Shown: positions 54,055 to 64,000 of the stretch, piece after piece
Position numbering within the stretch: the first letter of the stretch is position 1
How the letters are laid out: every line of letters starts with the position of its first letter
NCBI GenBank assembly: GCA_030141605.1
Contig: JAQGDQ010000510.1
Location: forward strand, 62,001-126,000
Direction of reading: 5' to 3'
DNA from: Tubiluchus corallicola
Taxonomy: Eukaryota > Animalia > Priapulida
DNA: 64,000 nucleotides
The notes under the pieces: generated by a model
The model's input: the letters and a program-made list of their open reading frames with translations, nothing else
Told to the model about the DNA's origin: nothing
Database searches by the model: none
Position numbers and translations under genes: made by a program

Positions 54055-54944
54055 AGTTTTTGTTCAGCTACATATGATAACGCCACATTATTTTTAAAAT
54101 TTCATAATGACCGTCGGTTACTCTTGTCATTGTCTCTTGTTATTGTTATAGGAGTGGCATCGATTATCTTACTGTCACTTTAAGAACAACAATAAACAAT
54201 GACAAAAGCATATAGGTAGAAGGTGCCTCTCTATTTTGACAAGGCAGCAGATGATCGTGGAAATGTAGCATGATTGGCAAACATCTTGCAGTATTATGAG
54301 AGAACTGAAAGTTCAGACGCTAGTCAAGCAATTATAATCATGCACGATTCTTAGCCTGAACCTTCAATTATTTTCATTACAAATTCGTGTATACTTGCTG
54401 CTGCTGTTGCTGTTGATAATGTCCAACATTGCATTCTGAATTACTTCATCACGTACTTAAGCTATTAACATGCCTTCCAATTTAAATGGAAAGTTACAGT
54501 AAATTAGTTTAAAATAGAAATGATAAACCCGAAAGTTAAGAGCTAATTCCTACTGCAGTATTGCCATAATAAAATGCAGAACTGACGGAAAGGCAGTCAG
54601 ACATGCAAACGCACTAATACGAAAGTACGACTAACTAATTTGGGCAAACCTGCAAAGTGCCTGGTCCCAATCAGATCACCTGAATGAAACTCTCTAGGCT
54701 CACTTTCTGGTCGAGATGTTGTCTGTTTACCCACAACCTTATCATCTAATGCTGGATAAATCAAATCAAATTTTCAACTAGTTGACAATGTTTGTGACGT
54801 AGTCAGAAACTGAAGATTTTGCAAACAATAATTGTAAAATTCAGCCATAAAAATGAAGAGACGATTGCCTTTTTTGAAAGTGCTTATTTTTTTGAATTGC
54901 TTGAAGACATGGAAAGTGTGTTTCACAATAAAACCTCAGCATTT

Positions 54945-55800
54945 AACTGTTCAGTCCATCACCCACAGGTCAAAGGTCAATAATCTTGGCATAACTTATA
55001 TCATTCAGTTTGTCTCATTGAGACCTTTCATTTCATATACAACAACTTACTTTTGGTAGACACGGTACTATTCGTAGACACTAGATGCATTTCTGTTCCC
55101 GACCACCATTTTTCGGTTTTTTGCCCCCTAGCGGGGTCGCGGGTTAGCTATACTCATCGTAAAATTTGCCTTTCGACTCATCGAGACCTTTCATATGATA
55201 TGAAACTACACCACTACTACCACGGTACTATTCTAAACACTCAATGCATTTCTGTTCCCAATCCCCATTTTCTAGTTTTTGCCTAATAGCGGAAAAGCAA
55301 CCCTCTCCAAATCACCCATTTTTCTCAATATCCAAAAACTAGGCCACGCCTAACCATATGCCAAATATTGCCGCCCTAGCTAAAAAACTGTGGGAGCAGA
55401 TGGATCCTAGAGAAAAATAAATGAAGACCCGACCGCTCTGTGACTATCTGGCAACTCGAGTCACGTGTATACGTATATAACTTTGGCCAGAGAGCATATA
55501 CTGTGAGGTTTGTGTCCCTAGCACTCAGCGTGTAAAAGGTCACAAATTGGGAACCCCAAATTTTGTATTTTGGCCCCTCACTCGGGCGTTTAAAGCTTGT
55601 CAGCCTTTTAAAACCCCAGGTGCACACCTGCCCCAAAATATTTGTGAAAACAAATTTTAAAAAACGAAAGTTCTAGGAGGAGTTGAATTCTAAAGGAAAA
55701 ATTGACCAACGCCCTCTATCCTTTCCCCTTGACCAACCCTGCGAGTTTGGTTACCCTAGCTTGCAAATCTTAGGAGTTATTAAGCGTTAAAGTGGCGGAG
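54945..55800. mobile_element. probable non-autonomous element with an internal ~160-bp tandem duplication
   Basis: gagacctttcat...cacggtactattc...atgcatttctgttccc...ttttgcc...tagcgg occurs at ~55020 and ~55183; class (Helentron/MITE-like) is a guess. Confidence 0.45.
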
Positions 55801-57291
55801 AGTAAATAATAAATAACTCTGCTATACGAAAATTTTTGAGTACTTCTCTTTGTGAGCAGTTCTAAAGCACACTGCCCCATTGTAGTTTGAAGTGGCAGAC
55901 GATAGTTCACGAAAAACCGACTGGACCATCGTAATCAACGTGGATTCTGAACCACAGTTTCTATGACCATTCGCAAGCATGTAACTGCGCCATACTGGGA
56001 ATATTGAAAAGCTGTAAACAGGTAGTACAAGTTCTAAATGCATACCAGACCGCTGCAGATGACTAGTGCTTTTATTCGTGCAAAACCCGAATGATTCTCA
56101 CGTACCATATTCAACAGCACATCTCTACCCTGATATGAGGCTGCACTGACAACTCATTTCTTTACCTGTAGCAAGGAGCATACTCATCTCCCAAAACAGG
56201 TGGCCACCATTACAGTGTGAAGCGTAAAACTTGGGATAGACTTAGATCCATTTCTGTCCATTTGCAAAAAAAATTGTGGAGGTCACAGGCGTGTTGTTGA
56301 TTGTGGATTAAGCCAGTGTGACACTGGAACTGAAAAAAGCACAATTTATATAATCAAACAAATGGGATGAGTTGGCAAAAACATCAGTTATCGAATCAGC
56401 CACCCCAAACTGAGTATTAAATTATGTATATATATATATATGTATGTATGCATGTATGCATGTATGTATGAACTGTAGCGATTTAAGAAAAGAATTTAAA
56501 ATATATTCTATCTGCCTAATTATTTCATTGTTTTGTATAATATGAATTACTATATATAAAATTAATATCACCAAGTTTGTCAGTTTCGCTGTTTGCACGA
56601 TCAAAAACTGAGAAGCAAGAATAAACTGATCGTCGAAACGCCCCTAAATTGTTTGAACCTGAGTGATCTTTTAATTACTGAATGAGTGCGCATTAGAATT
56701 AGGGATGCAAATGCGTTCAGAGAAACATACAGGTTGTCCATCAATGTTACCTGACACTAAGTTAAGATTTTTCCAAGTGTTGCACGGGATACACTTTTTT
56801 GCCATATAGCGAACAGGGGATGTACTACATTTAAACTCCAGAACATCCAAATATATTTAATATGCAGCAATGTCGTTTTATCTGTAATAATAAATTACAG
56901 CAATAAGGCTTTAGCAAAAAACATAAGTTTGATGAAAATGTTTAAAGCAAAAATAATTAAAAAATCAAAGTTCTCTAAAGTATAAAAACTGTTGCAGTTG
57001 AATGCTCACCATAATTAAACGAAAAGATATTTTTTACGTTACCACAATAGGCCTAATACAAATGTTTCTGTTATTGGGTTATTAAGGGGTTATTATAGGG
57101 TTTTTCTCTGAAGTATTTCCTGCTTCTTGTTTTTGTACAAACAATCGCCATTAGGACAATGACTTAGTAATTGCTTCTACCCAGCGGTACCTCATGAAAT
57201 GCCACCTAGTTAAAAAACTTAATGATTCAGTGAAGCGTTTGCTGTTGAGAGAACGGTAACGAGAAAGCTGACTCAGTGTCAGCAACTTTCG

Positions 57292-57570
57292 GGCAGTCAC
57301 TCAGTAAACTCTAACTAGATCAGACTCACTAGCTCACTGGCATTCACTCAGTTCATGCTCACTAGACTCGTTGGCAGTCACTCAGTAAACTCTAACTAGA
57401 TCAGACTCACTAGCTCACTGGCATTCACTCAGTTCATGCTCACTAGACTCGTTGGCAGTCACTCAGTAAACTCTAACTAGATCAGACTCACTAGCTCACT
57501 GGCATTCACTCAGTTCATTTTCAGTAGACTCGTTGGCAGTCATTCAGTAAACTCTCTGACTAGCTCATTC
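57292..57570. repeat. 81-bp tandem repeat, ~3.3 copies
   Basis: ggcagtca starts at 57292, 57373, 57454 and 57535. Confidence 0.95.
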
Positions 57571-57775
57571 TCAGTGACGATGTTTCGCCTGCACGTCAGA
57601 CACAACAACATTGAAAAAAGAGAGATGGTTTTTTTGTCTTCTCAAGTACTTTTTTGCCGTAAACAAAATAAGAAAAGATCATATCACAGAACAAATAGAG
57701 ACACGTCAATTAATTTAGTTGTGAAATTAAACGTTTCTTTTAGCACGCAGGCGTACGAATGCGCACTTGAACGTG

Positions 57776-57792
57776 CACACACACATGCACAT

Positions 57793-57865
<73 letters not shown>
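57776..57865. repeat. (CA)n microsatellite
   Basis: Directly visible. Confidence 0.95.
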
Positions 57866-58393
57866 TGTGCGCGTTGCCCAGAATAATTTTTTTCAATACT
57901 TAATGTATAGGGATATTAGAAATTCTCAAATTAATTCAATACCTCCTAGACCTAACCCCGTGGAAGTTACAATTTGAACAGGGTGCAATATTTTACTTCA
58001 CTTAACCCCACTTAAGTCAACAAAACTGCCGTAAGTGCAGCACATGAATCCGGGCCCAGCAATATATTAAATACGGAACTGGAAAGATATGGGTCTATAA
58101 TTACTACTCACTTTTATATCCCGATTCTTCTTTTAATTGCCTGTATTAATAATTTACAATAATAATAATAATAATAGTTCCGAGAAGCAATGGAGTAATT
58201 GTTATTTATGGACTGAAATGAACAAGCAAATTAAATAAAATTAATATCATGTGACTTTCATGGATGGCATAAGGTGACTTTCCTTGTCCGATATTTTATA
58301 ACAACATAAACTGCCTGATGGTGTGCGTTGAAGTGTTGTGCGACAAATTTAATTTTTATTAATTTTAGATAAACACATTGTAAAATTCGTAAT

Positions 58394-61300
58394 ATGAACC
58401 CCCTTTTGCGGACAAACAAGTACAAAACTTTGTTTTTTAGCATGGCTTTCACTCTGTTTTTAATAAACATTTTAAATATTTCAGTAAATGAGAAAATCAG
58501 TAATTCATCTAATAGACTATCGTTCTTTACCATGTGGAATATCAATAAATTGCCTGCATTTACAATTGTCATGTTAACATACAAACGCAATGATTTGCTT
58601 AAAGAAGTACTTACTAGTTTTGCGAGTATGGACTCTGTAGAAAAGGTGATTATAGTTTGGCACAATATTGGTAAGTAAATTAGTAATTTAGTGTAATAAA
58701 TAAACACAATCACAGCCTTTTGTGGCTCTTCCGATCATAGACGAGAGGAAATTGTGATGGCAAATTCTAAAGAGGCCTATTAAAATGAGTGTTAATCCTG
58801 CTTAAGTTTTCTTGCAGTTAAAAATAAAGTGGCGGTTTTTGGATGGGTATCCTTGCTGTGGATAAATCTGTACCCAATATATACTTACAAAGCAAATAGC
58901 ATAAGTTAACTTGGACGGTTTTTTTAATAATTTTTCAGCATTTTTCACATTGATAAGAGAATTAAGCTTGGAGTACGTTCTTAATTTATTCTACAAATCA
59001 CTGGCATTGAATTTAAGAACTAATAAAAACTAGGATTTTTATTTACTTCAAAGCACATATATAATAGCTTAACCAGTCGGCTGTTGTATGAGGCCATGAA
59101 ACCCATGAACACTAATCTAGGCATAAAGCTTTGGCCTACTAATTTGGCGGTTTCAAACAAGTCAACATTTGACAGAGTCATAGGAGAACGGTTAACAGTC
59201 AAGAATTAACATAAAAAATATGAATGTATTTTGAAAGACCACAATGAGCAAAAAATTGAAAAATGATTTATGAACAAGGAATCAAGATGCTCAAACAGAC
59301 AACTTCAACAGTACAAACACGAGAGCAGGATGCAAGTAGAGCTGCAGATGACCTTAGGCAATATGGCAGGCGTGTGATTCCTCAAACAGATTTGGAAGAC
59401 ACCAACGAGCTAGTTCATGAATTATGTGTCCAAACTGGAGCACAGTAGGAAGCAGATGACAAGAGCACATCGCACAGTTTGCCAAAATCGAAATCTGGAC
59501 CTGCATTACTGTAAAATTCTCAAACGGAAATGTTTGTGATGCCGAACAAACCATGGTTATGGCAAGTAATTTAAGATTTTCACCCACGAAGAAAATGTAC
59601 ATAAATGAAAGCCTTACTAAACAACAGAAGAATCTACTGCTTCACCGACGCTAATGCAGGAAATAACTTCTGTTCATGTATGTGAGGAGCAAGTGTGGAG
59701 AAAATCATATTGTGTATATAGTATAATCGCAGCAAAACTAATTAACATTGGCAGAATGTGATTAGGCAATTCAATCAGTGAAAAATAAGTTGGACAGACT
59801 CTAAAACGATTTTTCTTGGTGTTTTAGGGGAAGTGGTGCCAAATTTTCTAACTCAAATAATGGAAAGTCGAGGAAAAGAATTGATTATAATTAAGCCACA
59901 AACAAATACCCTGGCAAATCGATGGAAAATTCCATCTAAGATAATGACAGAAGGTAAGCAGTATTTCACCCTTTGTAAACTTTATATTTATGAAGAGTTT
60001 TCTTGTGCTTTAATGGACACAGCCATGTTCATTTCTATAATTTATACATTTCAGCTGTATTAATTTGTGATGATGACACACTCATCGGTGAAGAAGACTT
60101 ATTAAGAGCATACGGTTTATGGAAATTTGTAAGTATGCAAACGACCAATTATGTATCTGGCATCATAATTCTACGGCATGCGAGCGCAAATAGTGCAACT
60201 ATTTCTCATGTTTGATTAACTTGCTGGCCATCGAGAAATTTCACTTTTTATACAATATTCGTTAATTTTGTTTTAATGAGTAATTTATTATAAAAGCAGC
60301 CCACAGATCTGCTAAGAGGGGTTCTTAAACTTTGTAATTTTTGTGTCAAGATAATTTGTGTGTGTATTTTCGATAAATTTATGAAGTGCTTTACGCTATT
60401 TTGTTCAGCAAATGAAGCATTTTTCTTGGGGTACTGAGGCATTTTTCTCAATTAAGTTAAATTATTTGACTTTTTAAAACCAAAACAGCCAGAATCCTCA
60501 AATAGCTGATAAAATATCCAAATAGCTAACAAGTATATGTTATTTACGCAAATGCTGGGCACAAACGTTTTTGTACGTTAATGATATTTGTAACGAACAT
60601 GAGTTAATTTCATGCAGCAGCAAGCCACACCTTAGCTGGAACAATAGGTTGCCATGGTGTTTGTGATGCGCAGCAGCGAGCCACAGCTTAGCTGGAACAA
60701 TAGGTTGCCATGGTGTTTGTGACACGCAGCAGCAAACCACAGCTTAGCTGGAACAATAGGTTGCCATGGTGTTTGTGACATGCAGCAGCGAACCACAGCT
60801 TAGCTGGAACAATAGGTTGCCATGGTGTTTGTGACACGCAGCTGCAAACCACAGCTTAGCTGGAACAATAGGTTGCCATAGTGTTTGTGATGCGCAGCAG
60901 CGAGCCACAGCTTAGCTGGAACAATAGGTTGCCATGGTGTTTGTGATGCGCAGCAGCGAGCCACACCTTAATGTTTTAAATTGCATTGTAGAGTCAGAAA
61001 TTATAGATGTAGTCAAACTTTTAAAAGCAATAAAGCAAAAGATGTTCACAATATCCATATGTCAATTGTTAAAAATGTAATAATGAGCACGGTAAGACCT
61101 TTGTCCCACATTTGAAACCTTTCTGAAGATGGAAAAGAAACCAGTTTACAAATTTTAGAACTGTGTCCTTCTTACCACAGATCTCAAAAACTTTAGAAAA
61201 ACTGTTTGCATACGGTCTCGAAAAAATTATTGAGAACGAAATCTTGAAGGATTGCCAACACTGATTCGAACCTCAGCTCTCAAATATGTTGTCTCTGAGT

Positions 61301-63680
61301 GAACTGGTAGAGAAAATCTCTTCTGTATTCTACAAAAAGAACACACAGTTGGTGTGTTCATAGACCTTGGAGGGACCACATCATTTCTTTTTTGGAAGTA
61401 TCATATCAATCTAGACAAAACTCTCTAAAAATGTATGTATTATGTGCGATGTATACATAAAGCATCTAAATCTTACACGAAAATTCCCAAAAAATTTTAA
61501 TCTGTTTTTTTTTGCATTGCCATATTTATACTATTGTTGGGGACTATGCGGTTGGGCTTATATGACAAGTATAAATCCAGTATTTTACTGCAGGAAAAGG
61601 GTGTCAGAACTATAAGTAAAGTTCGTTCAAGAGAGCACGCACATGAACTGTTCAATAATATAGAACCACTAAAATTGGCTGAAATAATAGATTTAGAAAT
61701 TCTGCTAATATTACATGCTGCAAATAGAGGCCATTTACTTGGAAATTTACCAAAGAGATTTTCATCATTTGCAAAATAGGTCTTATAACCTGCGACGTTT
61801 CTGCTGCTGTATGAGCACAGACGTAACTAAATGATTATAAATTAGGTAATGTTCGATTCAGAAAATCTCGACTATCCAATCATTCTATTTGTTTAAGCAC
61901 TTAAAAGAGATTTAATTGGAAAAAATTAAGAAAAACACGTACATTTTCAAGCACTCCAACATTGCCTATTGAGTAATTCAGTCTGGTTTATGCTTGAGTA
62001 TTGTTCAGGTAGGCAAATGCATTTCATACATCATGTTGCATGAAAATCAATTGTGTGAAACGTACAAAAATTGTCAAATATAATCACTGATTAGTGAGAC
62101 CAGTTTTACTTAAAACCCATACAAAAAGCAGTGGACGCTTACGGTCCTGAAGGCCCTGTATAATAGACAGTAAAACATAGTAAACATGTACTAGTAAAAA
62201 GTTAGGGCATACTGACGTAAAGTCAGCCAAATTTAGATATTATCAAACATTTCACTTGTATTTACAAAATAATTTTAAGCACAGTCTTAGCTGGCACATC
62301 ATTCGTTTGTCTGCTTAATACTAATTTTGTTCATTTCAGCTACCAAATCGAATATTTGGATTTGCCTGTCGTGCGCACACTATCGACCACGATGGTTTGT
62401 ATAGCTACGTTCCAACAACATTGCATGGCAAATACTCCATCATTCTTCCAGGTATGATTACCTTACTACAATGCAAACTGTCAAACATCTGTTGGCAAGT
62501 ACACCCTTTGTAACTTGACATTTGACAAACAGTTATTTGGTAAAATTCAGGGTCTACGGTTACTAACTAACTGAACTAAATTAGAGAAAACTAACTTAAT
62601 TTCCTTAATTTCTATCGAAATTCTACTTTGCTATATTTCAGTTTTCGCACGAAGTTAATTCACAGTGATGGGATCAAACATCGTCACCCTTCATTTGTCA
62701 CTGTGTGATTTTTTATAAGTAATGCGCAGGTTATCACAAACTCTCTAACAGTTGATGGGAGTTGATTTCCTGCCTAATGTGAATGCGCCGTGGCGTGTTC
62801 CTCTCGACAGTACTCGCAATGAACAGAGAATTAGTGTCAGCTTGTACTTTATGCTGGTGAGAATCTCAGAGCAAGTTTAAGCTCTCTAGACTTGGCACGC
62901 TTGCGAGTTAACTTGAAATATGGCTATTCTGACAGCTCCGTTACGCTTACTCTCACTTAAATTTTGAACAACTACTTATGAACCAGTTTTTCCTTCTAAC
63001 TTCTGCGAAATTCTCTGTCAATTTTTTTTCTCACAAGACAAAAATCTAAATTCCCGCCACCTATCGGTCAGATACTTTTTGTCTTTAGCATGTCAGCTTT
63101 ATAAATTCTATTGCTCTGGACATCTTAATATTCTTACTGTAGCATCTTGCCTTCAGTGGTAATTGGCCTTGTTTGAGGGCAACGTTATTTATGTTTCCAG
63201 TTTCTTAATTCAGAAGTTTTCATAATAATGTTTTCAATAAACGTTGCAATATCATCACTTAGCTCACTAAAAATTTCTGACTTTGTTTGCGAATCTTTTC
63301 CTGGAGTTTGTCACTAACTTCATACACATATTTTTACAGCTCCAATGTTGCTTCACCGAAGCTACTTCCACATCTTCAATAATTTCCCAGCGGCTGTTTT
63401 CCGGATGATAGACAAGTACAACAACTGCGATGACATTGCTGTAAACTTTGCTGTATCACTGTTCTTACAAGATTCACCAGGAATGTGTGTATTGCCTAGA
63501 AAACACAGAAGAATAGATAAATTGGGAAGGCACTTTAAAGGCTTACAGAATTCGTACAAGCATCATTATAACAGATCAAGGTGTCTTAATGAACTTGTTG
63601 AGATTTATGGTTTAATGCCATTGCATTATAATGACATTTTCGTTGCAACAATCAAAAGAAATACAAAACAACACATTTAA
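58394..63680 (+). CDS. EXTL2: exostosin-like 2-like alpha-1,4-N-acetylhexosaminyltransferase (GT64), 5 exons: 58394-58670, 59828-59953, 60055-60128, 62340-62451, 63340-63680; 309 aa
   Basis: All four introns are GT..AG with compatible phases (930 nt total). TM FFSMAFTLFLINILNI; FTIVMLTYKRNDLL; KVIIVWHNIG; NTLANRW; AVLICDDDTLI; PNRIFGFACRAH; YSIIL; NCDDIAVNF; RSRCLNELVEIYGLMPLHY. Collinear with human EXTL2 as remembered. Confidence 0.93.
59240..59700 (+). mobile_element. LINE ORF1-like remnant in EXTL2-like intron 1
   Basis: DDLRQYGRR...IPQTDLEDTNEL...MYINESLTKQQKNLL, typical ORF1 motifs. Confidence 0.65.
60614..60970. repeat. 56-bp tandem repeat, ~6.3 copies, in EXTL2-like intron 3
   Basis: cttagctggaacaataggttgccatggtgtttgtga.. 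recurs at 60631, 60687 and onward. Confidence 0.96.
61020..61800 (+). mobile_element. degenerate L2/Crack-like LINE RT fragments in EXTL2-like intron 3
   Basis: SKTLEKLF...VGVFIDL region and C-terminal LQEKGVRTISKVRSREHAHELFNNIEPLKL. Confidence 0.65.
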
Positions 63681-64000
63681 TTTTTCCAAAAAATGCTCTT
63701 TGCAAAAAAAAGAAAGTTTCGTGTGCTATGAATAAGACATGAAGCTTTATGTAGCTTCAATGGTGAAAAGCATTTTGTGTCGAAGATCGTTTCCGATCAT
63801 TGTAAAGGTTAATTCTAGATACTCTGGTGCAGGTTGCAGATAAATATGAATAACAAAATGTAAATTTTTTGTTACATGTATTAGTTATTAAAGTGCGCTT
63901 ATTCCATTAATCTGAATCTAGTATCCCGTCAATATCATAATTTGTGAAAGTCGTAGTCTAATTTCGTCGCACACATCTGAGCTCAATATGTTCTTCATAA

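Noticed and set aside
60614-60970. CRISPR-like 56-bp periodicity
   Set aside because: The whole unit repeats with only point variants; it is an intronic minisatellite.
14001-63680. Bacterial polysaccharide operon, contaminant or viral insert
   Set aside because: Spliceosomal introns, type II Golgi anchors, animal-type gene families and interspersed animal TEs.

Overview
AT-rich, intron-containing, transposon-littered eukaryotic DNA. The gene and TE content indicates an animal, probably an invertebrate; the taxon cannot be fixed from the sequence. Main result: every non-transposon gene I can recognise between ~14 and ~64 kb encodes a Golgi-type glycan-building enzyme, and they come from mostly unrelated families. 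In order: a decayed GXYLT-like GT8 xylosyltransferase (-, visible in the ORF track only as fragments), a 3-exon B4GAT1-like GT49 glucuronyltransferase, an intronless GT-A glycosyltransferase resembling an uncharacterised plant family, a frameshifted CHST1/3/4-type 6-O-sulfotransferase (-), a CHST11-type sulfotransferase, a 2-exon XXYLT1-like GT8 xylosyltransferase, and a 5-exon EXTL2-like GT64 HexNAc transferase. This looks like a candidate animal biosynthetic gene cluster for a sulfated Xyl/GlcA/HexNAc glycan, with two head-to-head gene pairs and signs of gene turnover. The rest is LINE copies and fragments, a KRBA2/Ginger-like integrase relic, a hAT-type MITE with an 8-bp target-site duplication, and many micro/minisatellites, including a 33-bp satellite with a 264-bp higher-order period. 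Family assignments come from motif recognition against remembered sequences; no database search was run.
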